Positions 34,754 through 42,823 of a stretch of 64,000 bases of DNA are shown in pieces; position 1 is the stretch's first letter, and each line of letters opens with the position of its first letter. The notes beneath the pieces were generated by a model. It worked only from the letters and a program-made list of their open reading frames with translations, ran no database searches and was not told where the DNA came from. Source of the stretch: Betaproteobacteria bacterium (GTDB lineage: Bacteria; Pseudomonadota; Gammaproteobacteria; Burkholderiales; JACQAP01); the NCBI GenBank assembly GCA_039931685.1, contig JBDTRK010000004.1, forward strand, positions 426 through 64,425, written 5' to 3'. The position numbers and the translations under genes were made by a program.

Positions 34754-37588
34754 ATGAAACGGACGAAAAATACGCAGGACGGATCGACGCACAACGACAT
34801 CCCGCGGTTGCGCATTTTCGACGATGCGAACCGCCAGCGGCCGGCGGATGAATGCAATGACTCGGCGGTAGCTTTTCCCGACAAGGATCTGTGTTTGCAC
34901 GACCTGTTCGAGAAGCAGGCCGCACGAACTCCCGACGCGCTGGCCCTCGTGTACGAGCAGCAAAGGCTGAGCTATCGTGATCTGGCGCAGCGCTCCGACC
35001 AGCTCGCCCGGCAATTGCGCACCTTGGGCGCCGGACCGGATGTGCTCGTCGGGCTGCTGGTCGAGCGTTCGCTTGAGATGGTGGTGGGAATCCTGGGCAT
35101 TCTGAAGGCAGGCGCAGCCTATTTGCCCATTGATCCCGGCTATCCCCAGGAACGGGTCGGCTTCATGCTCGCCGACGCCAATGCCGCGCTGGTCCTCACG
35201 CAAACCAGTTTGCTGCCCTCCCTGCCTGTCGGCACCACGCAGGCCGTATGCCTGGATACCTTCGAATGGAGCGCAGCGGGGGCATCGCCGCGGGACGCAG
35301 TTCACTTCCATCCGCGCAATCTCGCGTACGTGATCTATACGAGCGGTTCCACCGGCCATCCCAAAGGGGTCGGCATCGAACATCGCAACATCGTCAATTA
35401 CGTGTTGGGCGTAGCGCAGCGGCTGCAACTGGAGCCCGGCATGAATTGCGCGACCGTGTCGACCATCGCCGCCGACCTCGGTAACACGGTGATCTTCCCG
35501 GCGCTGGCCACCGGGGGCTGCGTGCACGTCATATCGCAGGAAAGGGCCGAGAACCTGGACTTGCTGGCAGAGTACTTCAGCCGCGAGGCAATCGACGTGC
35601 TGAAGATCGTGCCGTCACATCTCGCGGCATTACAAAGCGGCAGGAATCCCGAGCGGATCATGCCCAGGAAACGTCTCATCCTCGGCGGCGAGGCCTCGCG
35701 GCTCGAATGGATCGCGCAACTGCGCGCGTTGGCGCCCGATTGCGCGATTTACAACCACTACGGCCCCACGGAAACCACCGTAGGGGTACTAACCTATCGT
35801 GTCGGCGCACAGTTGCCGGATACGCCGTCCGGCACACTGCCATTGGGCAAACCCCTGCCGAACAGCTGCATGCACATCCTCGATGCGGGCGGGCAACCCG
35901 TGCCGGTCGGGGATCGGGGCGAGCTCTGCATCGGCGGCAACGGCGTGGCGCGCAGCTATCTGAATCGTGCGGACCTGTCTGCCGCGAAGTTTGTCCGCGA
36001 TCCGTTCAGTCGGGATACCACGGCACGAATATATCGCACCGGTGACCTTGCGCGCTACCTGCCGGACGGAAACATCGAGTTTTGCGGCCGCATCGATGAC
36101 CAGATCAAGTTGAACGGCTATCGGGTCGAACTCGGTGAAATCGAATGCGCGCTGCGCGAACAGGGCGGCGTGCGCGATACCGTCGCACTGGCCCGCGAAG
36201 ACGAGTCAGGCACTCCACAGCTGGTCGCTTACGTGGTGCCGCAGCGGACCAATCAGGCGCTCTGGGGATGCAACCCGATCCATATCCTGCCGGATGGTTC
36301 GCCGATAGCGCATCTGAACAAGAGCGAAACCGACTACATCTATAACGAAATCTTCGTCCTGCAGGCCTACCTGCGGCACGGCATCTCGATACGCGACGGC
36401 GACTGCATCATCGATGCGGGCGCCAACATCGGCCTTTTCACCGTGTTCGCCAGCAGACTGGCCCGTAATGTGCGCATGCTGTCCTTCGAGCCGAATCCTG
36501 CCGCATTTGCCTGCCTGAAGGCCAATGCCGAAGCCTGGGGCACCTCGGTGAAATGCCTGCCGCTGGGATTATCCCGGGAAAACAAATCGGCGGAGCTGAC
36601 ATTTTTCCAGGGGCTTTCGCTGCTGTCCGGGTTTTACGCCGACGCCGCCGTCGAACACGAGATGGTCAAGAATTACGTGCTGAACCAGCAGCCGGACCCG
36701 TCGCAAAGCGAGCAGTCGGCTGCCGATATCGGCGCCTTGATCGATGACCGGCTGCAATCTCGCGTCATAACTGCCCAGCTTCGCACGCTGTCGAGCGTCA
36801 TGGCGGAGGAAGGTATCGACCGTATCGACCTGCTCAAGATCAATGTTGAAAAGAGCGAACTGGACGTGCTGATGGGCATCGGGCGCGACGACTGGGCCAG
36901 GATCCGCCAACTGGTCATCGAAGTGGACCAGAACGCAAACCTCACGCCCATCACCGACCTGCTGGAGCAGCACGGTTTCGAGTACCTCGTCGAACAGGAT
37001 CCGTTGCTGCGGAACACCGAGCTTTGTTACGTGTACGCGATCCAGCCTTCGGATCACGGTCGCCTCGTACGACAACAATCGGCCGATGCCCATCTGCGCG
37101 CGCTGCCAGCCGTCGACGCAGAAATTCTGACGCCCGCGCTTTTGCGCAACCATCTGAAAGCGCGGCTCCCCCGGTACATGATTCCGTCGGCATTCATCCT
37201 GATGGAGAAGTTCCCGTTGACTTCGAACGGCAAGATCGATCGCAAGGCCTTTCCTGCATTCTCCGGCGAGAAATTGGCCCCCGTCCGCGCACTCGCTGCT
37301 CCACAGACCGATACCCAAAGGGAACTCGCGACGATCTGGGCCGAGCTGCTGAAGCTCGACAGTGTGGGCATCGACGACGATTTCTTCGACCTCGGGGGAC
37401 ATTCCTTGCTCGCCATCCGCGCCGTGTCGCGCATACGGGATCGATTCGCGGTGAATCTGTCGCTGCGTAATCTGCTCGAAGCGCCCACGGTGGAAGGGTT
37501 GGCCCGGGTCATCGATGGCTTGTCCTGGCTGAAGCGCTCCAGGAACCCGTCGGATGACACCGGCAATCGGGAGGAAATCGCACTATGA
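34754..37588 (+). CDS. NRPS-like adenylation domain interrupted by an FkbM-type methyltransferase, plus a thiolation (PCP) domain; no condensation domain
   Basis: A-domain cores: LKAGAAYLPIDP, YVIYTSGSTGHPKGV, NHYGPTETTVG, YRTGDLARYLPDGNIEFCGRIDDQIKLNGYRVELGEIE, then LPRYMIPSAF and NGKIDRKAF. About 290 aa are inserted between the last two groups and carry FkbM-like motifs (DCIIDAGANIGLFTVFAS, LSFEPNP, IDLLKINVEKSELDVL). PCP motif FFDLGGHSLLAI. Confidence 0.9.
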   Translation: MKRTKNTQDGSTHNDIPRLRIFDDANRQRPADECNDSAVAFPDKDLCLHDLFEKQAARTPDALALVYEQQRLSYRDLAQRSDQLARQLRTLGAGPDVLVGLLVERSLEMVVGILGILKAGAAYLPIDPGYPQERVGFMLADANAALVLTQTSLLPSLPVGTTQAVCLDTFEWSAAGASPRDAVHFHPRNLAYVIYTSGSTGHPKGVGIEHRNIVNYVLGVAQRLQLEPGMNCATVSTIAADLGNTVIFPALATGGCVHVISQERAENLDLLAEYFSREAIDVLKIVPSHLAALQSGRNPERIMPRKRLILGGEASRLEWIAQLRALAPDCAIYNHYGPTETTVGVLTYRVGAQLPDTPSGTLPLGKPLPNSCMHILDAGGQPVPVGDRGELCIGGNGVARSYLNRADLSAAKFVRDPFSRDTTARIYRTGDLARYLPDGNIEFCGRIDDQIKLNGYRVELGEIECALREQGGVRDTVALAREDESGTPQLVAYVVPQRTNQALWGCNPIHILPDGSPIAHLNKSETDYIYNEIFVLQAYLRHGISIRDGDCIIDAGANIGLFTVFASRLARNVRMLSFEPNPAAFACLKANAEAWGTSVKCLPLGLSRENKSAELTFFQGLSLLSGFYADAAVEHEMVKNYVLNQQPDPSQSEQSAADIGALIDDRLQSRVITAQLRTLSSVMAEEGIDRIDLLKINVEKSELDVLMGIGRDDWARIRQLVIEVDQNANLTPITDLLEQHGFEYLVEQDPLLRNTELCYVYAIQPSDHGRLVRQQSADAHLRALPAVDAEILTPALLRNHLKARLPRYMIPSAFILMEKFPLTSNGKIDRKAFPAFSGEKLAPVRALAAPQTDTQRELATIWAELLKLDSVGIDDDFFDLGGHSLLAIRAVSRIRDRFAVNLSLRNLLEAPTVEGLARVIDGLSWLKRSRNPSDDTGNREEIAL

Positions 37589-38583
37589 ACCTGCAGCCCT
37601 TCCTGGCCGAACTGTACAGTCGCAATATTCAGCTCTGGGCCGACGGCGACCGCCTCAGGTGCAAGGCGCCAACGGGTGTACTCACGACCACCCTGCGCGA
37701 CCAGTTGATAGAGCGCAAGGGCGAGATCCTGGCGCTTCTGCGCAGCGCCGAGGCCGTTTCCAGCCAGCCGCGGGCGATCGTTCCGCTTCAACCGGGGGGC
37801 GATCGCACGCCAATTTTTGCGGTCGCCGGCCACAATGGCGACGTCTTCGCCTATCGCGCCCTGGCGTTCCACCTCGGTAAAGATCAGCCGTTCTTCGCAC
37901 TCGAGCCACCGGGACTCGATGGCGACAGCGAACCGTTGCAGCGGGTCGAGGACCTCGCCGACTATTTTGCCGCGCAGATCCAGGCATTTCAGCCTGACGG
38001 CCCCTACATCATTGCCGGCTATTGCGCGGGCGGCACGATTGCCTTCGAACTGGCCCGCCAGTTACGGGCGCGTGGCGCAACGATCCAGCTTCTGGCCCTG
38101 ATTGCCTCGCCGTACCCGACGTCCTTTCGCGTTGCGGCGCGTATGCAACAGGCTGTCGTGCACCAGGTGGCGCGCATCGTCCGGCATGTCCGTTCGTTGC
38201 GACGGCTGTCATTCCTGGAATCTATTCGGTACATAAGCGCGAAATTTCGCCGGCGCAGTCTACTGCGCGACGCCGAGCACGCTGCATCGCTGGATCCCGT
38301 TCTGGCGCGGCGCGACGACGTGGCGCGCACTACGATTGCGGCGCTGCGCCGTTACACGCCGGAGCGTTATTCCGGGCGTGTAGGCCTTTTGTTGCCCAAC
38401 AGGCAATGGTTGCGCTCAGGCGCCGCCCCCTTGCATTGGCGATCCGTAGCGCCACACGCCGAGCATTACTTCGGTCCGGACGGCTGCAATCCGGACCTCC
38501 TGTTGGTCGATCCGGACGCCCCCGCCATTGCCGATCTGTTCAGGCGGTGCCAGGAAGGCAAGCCGGCGGAGGCCTCGCCGTGA
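37585..38583 (+). CDS. TubC-N-type docking domain fused to a thioesterase with a Cys nucleophile (GYCAG)
   Basis: The N-terminus (FLAELYSRNIQLWADGDRLRCKAPTGVLTTTLRDQLIERKGEILALL) matches the TubC N-terminal docking pattern. The alpha/beta-hydrolase TE has the nucleophile elbow IIAGYCAGGTIAFELA (TGC at 38023-38025). The start overlaps the NRPS stop as ATGA. Confidence 0.8.
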   Translation: MNLQPFLAELYSRNIQLWADGDRLRCKAPTGVLTTTLRDQLIERKGEILALLRSAEAVSSQPRAIVPLQPGGDRTPIFAVAGHNGDVFAYRALAFHLGKDQPFFALEPPGLDGDSEPLQRVEDLADYFAAQIQAFQPDGPYIIAGYCAGGTIAFELARQLRARGATIQLLALIASPYPTSFRVAARMQQAVVHQVARIVRHVRSLRRLSFLESIRYISAKFRRRSLLRDAEHAASLDPVLARRDDVARTTIAALRRYTPERYSGRVGLLLPNRQWLRSGAAPLHWRSVAPHAEHYFGPDGCNPDLLLVDPDAPAIADLFRRCQEGKPAEASP

Positions 38584-38945
38584 ATAGCGTGCGATCGGCG
38601 CACCCAATGCATATTTGCGCGGCATGGCCAGAAGGCACTGCTGCCGCACATCCGGGCATTGCGCATCTCCAAGCGTCCCCGCCTGAGCAGCGCCGTAGAC
38701 CAAATGGACCAGCAGCCCGCGGATCGCCCAGGTACCGCGCTTAACGCTGCATCGCCAGACTATCGACCTATGAGCAAAGAAGAAAATGTGGTCCGGACCC
38801 GTGGCGGCGCCGATCCACCTCGCTTTTTGCGGCAAGCGACGCCGAGCCTGTTCGCCCGGACGGGCCGCGGTGCAATGTGTAATCCAGAGCTCGCGCCTGC
38901 GGTCGATTCATCTGGCGGCGTCATCGCACAGAATTCGATGACGTC

Positions 38946-40100
38946 ATGAAAATCTGCCTGCTCGGCCTGCATAACCTGTCTGTCCTGGCACCGGAATTCA
39001 AAAACCACACTGTGGGTGGCGAACCGGTCCAGCAGACATTGCTGGCAAGGGCGCTCGCGCGTCGAGGGCATGATGTAAGCATGGTCGTTGCTGATTATGG
39101 CCAGGAGGACGACCTGGAATGCAGGGCCATACGACTGTTCAAGGCCTATCGCCTCGATGCGGGCATACCGGTGCTGCGCTTCGTGCATCCCCGCTGGACC
39201 AGATTGTGGTCGGCACTGATGCGGGCGGATGCCGAGCTCTATTACACGAGTTGCGCAGGCATGGAGGTCGGCCTGCTCGCATTGTTCTGCCGGTATTTCG
39301 GCAAACGGTTCGTATTCCGCAGCGCAAGCGATGCGGACTGCGACAAATCGCGCCTGCTCGTCAGACACGCGCGCGATCGTTGGCTCTATGCCTATGGCCT
39401 GCGGCGGGCGGATGCCATCCTGGTACAGAGCGCCTCCCAGGCGCAAGCCTTGTTGCGCAGCTATGGATTGGCGAGCCGGATTGCGGGAATGCTGGTCGAG
39501 CATCCGCGGTCGCCCCCCCCCCATGACCTGGACGTGTTGTGGGTCGGCAACATTCGGGGCGTAAAGAGGCCGGACCGGGTTCTCGAACTTGCAGCGAAAC
39601 TGCCGCAATTCAATTTTCACATGGTCGGGGGCCCCCTGTCCGGCGACGAAGCGCTCTATGAGGCGGTGCGGGATGCGGCAGCGACAAGGACCAATCTGAC
39701 CTTTCATGGCCGCCTGTCGTATGGGGACGCCAACGATCTGTACGATCGGGCAAAGCTGCTGGTCAATACTTCCGATGTGGAGGGTTTTCCGAATTCGTAT
39801 CTGCAGGCCTGGATCCGGGGCGTGCCCGTAGTAACGCTCATCGATCCTGACCGCGTGATTGAGCGCGAAGGTCTGGGCGTCGCTGCAAGTTCACCGGACG
39901 GGCTCTCCAGGGCCATCGGTGCCCTGCTTGGGTCGCCGACAGCCTGGCAGGCGGCCAGCGATCGCTGCAGGTATTTCATGGCGCGGGAATTCGGCGAAGA
40001 TAAAATTCTGACCGCCTACCTTGAGACATTCGATGACGTCATGCGGTCCCGACCGCCCAACGCCCGGAATTTCCCGACAAGCGAGGCACCCCGTGCCTGA
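38946..40100 (+). CDS. GT4-family (group 1) glycosyltransferase
   Basis: MKICLLGLH...GGEPVQQTLLARALARRGHDVSMVV, with a C-terminal GT-B region (NTSDVEGFPNSYLQAWIRGVPVV). It contains the C10 tract. Confidence 0.85.
   Translation: MKICLLGLHNLSVLAPEFKNHTVGGEPVQQTLLARALARRGHDVSMVVADYGQEDDLECRAIRLFKAYRLDAGIPVLRFVHPRWTRLWSALMRADAELYYTSCAGMEVGLLALFCRYFGKRFVFRSASDADCDKSRLLVRHARDRWLYAYGLRRADAILVQSASQAQALLRSYGLASRIAGMLVEHPRSPPPHDLDVLWVGNIRGVKRPDRVLELAAKLPQFNFHMVGGPLSGDEALYEAVRDAAATRTNLTFHGRLSYGDANDLYDRAKLLVNTSDVEGFPNSYLQAWIRGVPVVTLIDPDRVIEREGLGVAASSPDGLSRAIGALLGSPTAWQAASDRCRYFMAREFGEDKILTAYLETFDDVMRSRPPNARNFPTSEAPRA
39513..39522 (+). repeat. homopolymeric C10 tract inside the GT4 coding sequence
   Basis: tcg ccc ccc ccc cat encodes S-P-P-P-H. 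I counted ten consecutive C directly in the sequence. Confidence 0.95.
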
Positions 40101-41190
40101 GACCCCTTTCATCATCACGGTCGATACGGAGGGCGACAATCTCTGGGAAAAACCACGAGAAATTACCACCCGCAATGCGGCCTACCTGCCTCGCTTCCAG
40201 TTGCTCTGTGAGCGGTTCCACTTCAAACCTGTCTATCTGGTGAATTATGAAATGGCGATGTCGGACGTATTTGTCGAGTTCGGACGCGATGTCGTATCCC
40301 GCGGTGCCGGCGAAATCGGCATGCATCTGCACGCCTGGAACTCGCCGCCGCTTGAGCCGCTGACCCGCGACGATTTCTTTCATCAACCCTTTCTGATCGA
40401 GTACCCGGACCGGATCATGAGCGAAAAAATCCACACCATGACCCATCTGCTCGAGCACAAGTTCGATCGCAAAATGATCAGCCATCGCGCGGGGCGCTGG
40501 GCGTTCGACGGCCGGTATGCGGCGATGCTGATCGACGAGGGTTATCTGGTCGACTGCTCCGTGACGCCGGGCGTCGACTGGAGCGCCACACCGGGTGATC
40601 CGGAGGGCAATGGCGGCACGGACTACACTTCATTTCCCGACAGCCCATACTTACTCAGCCCGGTCGATATTTCGGTTGCGTCAGCCGGACCAATGCTCGA
40701 GGTGCCCATGACGGTCTTTGCGAGCAAACTCTTCCAACATTCGCCCTGGGTTTATCGGGTGCCCGGTTTGGCCCGGGCCGCCCGGCGAATATCTCCGCAG
40801 CGACGCTGGCTGTGCCCGGTTGCACTTCTGGAAAAGCACAACCACGATGCCATGCTGCAACTCGCCCGCAGAGCACGCGATGAACCTCCGACCCATATGG
40901 AATTCATGCTGCACTCCTCGGATCTCATGCCGGGCGGCAGCCCGAGCTTCAAGAACGCATCAGACATCGACGGTTTGTACGATCGCCTGGAAACGCTGTT
41001 CGACAAATTATCAATGTGGTGCCGCGGGATGACGCTCGCGGAGTTCCGGGAACACTGGATGAAGGCGCCGAATAAAACGCGATTAATCGGGCTCGGCGAA
41101 CAGCAAAGCAATCGGGTGGCCAGATCAATGGAAGTGAGAAAGTCCACGACCGGCCCGGCCCCGGTGGAAAAAGGCAGCGTACCGGGATGA
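40093..41190 (+). CDS. polysaccharide deacetylase-like / glycoside hydrolase-deacetylase barrel superfamily protein
   Basis: FIITVDTEGDNLW...GMHLHAWNSPP...EFMLHSSDLMPG resembles CE4-like barrel proteins from EPS loci. GTG at 40093 overlaps the GT4 stop by 8 nt; ATG at 40021 is an alternative. The family call is moderate. Confidence 0.55.
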   Translation: MPETPFIITVDTEGDNLWEKPREITTRNAAYLPRFQLLCERFHFKPVYLVNYEMAMSDVFVEFGRDVVSRGAGEIGMHLHAWNSPPLEPLTRDDFFHQPFLIEYPDRIMSEKIHTMTHLLEHKFDRKMISHRAGRWAFDGRYAAMLIDEGYLVDCSVTPGVDWSATPGDPEGNGGTDYTSFPDSPYLLSPVDISVASAGPMLEVPMTVFASKLFQHSPWVYRVPGLARAARRISPQRRWLCPVALLEKHNHDAMLQLARRARDEPPTHMEFMLHSSDLMPGGSPSFKNASDIDGLYDRLETLFDKLSMWCRGMTLAEFREHWMKAPNKTRLIGLGEQQSNRVARSMEVRKSTTGPAPVEKGSVPG

Positions 41191-41975
41191 TCCGCATCGA
41201 GGGGACGGGCGCGATTTACGGGGAAGTATGGTACGACGAAGAACCGCCCCGGAATTCCGGAGTGGATATCGTCCGCTATCGCTGCAGACACGCCGCTATC
41301 GCGAATGCCCGCCATTCTCCGTTTCTGTCGTTGGTCACGGATCTTTGCGCAGAGGCCAATGCCATCGCCGACCAGTTCGGCAAGGATTGCCGGTACAAAG
41401 TCCGGCGCGCCGACACGAAGGATGAACTGGACACGGAATTCATCCTGGAACCGGAGAACCGGCTGGACGAATTCGGCGAATTCTTCGACACGTTCGCTCG
41501 TCAAAAGGGGCATGAAGCCTGCGATCGGCAATGGTTGCGCGCTGCATGCAAAGCCCGCCAGCTCGTCCTCACGACGGCGACCCGGCACGGCGAGGCGCTG
41601 GTGTGGCACGCCTATGTCATCGCTGGAAATTCGACCTGGTTGCAGTACACCGGATCCTGTTTCCGCAATCGAGAAAGCGATTACCGCGCCCTCGTCGGCC
41701 GGGCCAATCGTTGGCTGCACTGGAAAGACATGCTGCGGTTCAAGGAACTGGGAATGCTCCGCTATGACTGGGGCGGAATGTTCGAGGACGAATCGACCCC
41801 GGACCGCGCCGGGATCAACGAATTCAAAAGAACCTTTGGCGGACGGCTTGCGCGAACTTACGATTGCACGGTCCCGGTGACCCTCAAAGGCCGGATCTAT
41901 CTTCCGCTTCGCGACGCGTGGCGCAGCCGAAAGACCATTCTTCCCGGCCGAAAAGAAGTTGCCGCAGGAGCCTGA
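41187..41975 (+). CDS. FemAB-like / GNAT-fold (Acetyltransf_6-like) protein
   Basis: 262 aa. KDCRYKVRRA..., WHAYVIAGNSTWLQYTGS..., ANRWLHWKDMLRFKELGMLRYDWGG and INEFKRTFGG resemble FemAB-family / BioF2-like N-acyltransferases found in PEP-CTERM-type EPS loci. The start overlaps the upstream stop as ATGA. Confidence 0.55.
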   Translation: MIRIEGTGAIYGEVWYDEEPPRNSGVDIVRYRCRHAAIANARHSPFLSLVTDLCAEANAIADQFGKDCRYKVRRADTKDELDTEFILEPENRLDEFGEFFDTFARQKGHEACDRQWLRAACKARQLVLTTATRHGEALVWHAYVIAGNSTWLQYTGSCFRNRESDYRALVGRANRWLHWKDMLRFKELGMLRYDWGGMFEDESTPDRAGINEFKRTFGGRLARTYDCTVPVTLKGRIYLPLRDAWRSRKTILPGRKEVAAGA

Positions 41976-41981
41976 CCGCGT

Positions 41982-42806
41982 TCAGGGAAGAATCCCTTGC
42001 AGCCGCCCCGCGGACACCGCGCGCGGCGTCACGCCGCGGATCACGCGGGCGTGAATGACCGATGAGGGCTTTCCGAAAGCAGAGTGATAGTTGGCGAGTT
42101 TGAGGTAGCAACCCTGGTCCGGATATAGCGTAGGCCCGCGGTATGCCATCTTCCGCGCGCCATTGACCCATGCATCGAAAAAGCCATCGGCTTGCGATGT
42201 CCACTTCACGTGGTAAATGAAGTGGTACCAGACATTCTTCACGACCGGGCCGATGGGCGCGTTGTAGAGCGTCGGCCTGACCTGGTTGCCGTAAGCGATC
42301 TGGAAACTGAGGCCGGTAGGACGGTCGGGCGATGCCGCGCTGGCGGGCATCGCGTTCACCTGGAAATTGGCCTGTCCGCCACCGGGTCTGGCATTGTGGA
42401 AATCGGCGACGACGCCCCAGTTCCACGAAGACGCCGTGCTTTCGGGCGGGTCAACGTAGTCGGCGGGGAACAGAATCGAGTGTGCCCACCAGGCCTCTTT
42501 GCCCTCGTAGCAGTCGGTCGTCGCCTGGTCGAGGGTAAGATCGTTGCGCTCGGCGGCGCGGCTTCCATAAATGCTGCTGTCTCCAGGTTCCGTATGCAGG
42601 CGCACGCCGCGCATTCCGGCGACATCCACGAGCGACGCGCGGCCCGCCACTTTCGACTGTTCTGCGAATCCGCAATCCTTTGGCGAGCTCTCGAATAAAC
42701 AGGAAAATTCGATACTGGGCACCGCGATCTCCCGAACGTTCCTGTCGGCAGCCGACACGACCAAAACGAGCGTGAGCAAGAAGGCTGCAAGAAATTTCGA
42801 GCGCAT
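41982..42806 (-). CDS. secreted polysaccharide lyase-like jelly-roll protein
   Basis: Signal peptide MRSKFLAAFLLTLVLVVSA. Blocks RAAERNDL, WWAHSILFPADY, VVADFHN, GFFDAWVNG and YLKLANYH resemble the 'Polysaccharide lyase' (heparin lyase I / glucuronan lyase-like) family. ATG at 42806; the ORF-track start is 43049. Confidence 0.65.
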   Translation of the reverse strand: MRSKFLAAFLLTLVLVVSAADRNVREIAVPSIEFSCLFESSPKDCGFAEQSKVAGRASLVDVAGMRGVRLHTEPGDSSIYGSRAAERNDLTLDQATTDCYEGKEAWWAHSILFPADYVDPPESTASSWNWGVVADFHNARPGGGQANFQVNAMPASAASPDRPTGLSFQIAYGNQVRPTLYNAPIGPVVKNVWYHFIYHVKWTSQADGFFDAWVNGARKMAYRGPTLYPDQGCYLKLANYHSAFGKPSSVIHARVIRGVTPRAVSAGRLQGILP

Positions 42807-42823
42807 GACATCTTGCCGGCTAA

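Noticed and set aside
33440-35527. 695-aa minus-strand ORF overlapping the ACAD and NRPS-like genes.
   Set aside because: Antisense shadow ORF with low-complexity Arg/Gly/Ala/His composition. The plus strand carries unambiguous ACAD and adenylation-domain motifs.
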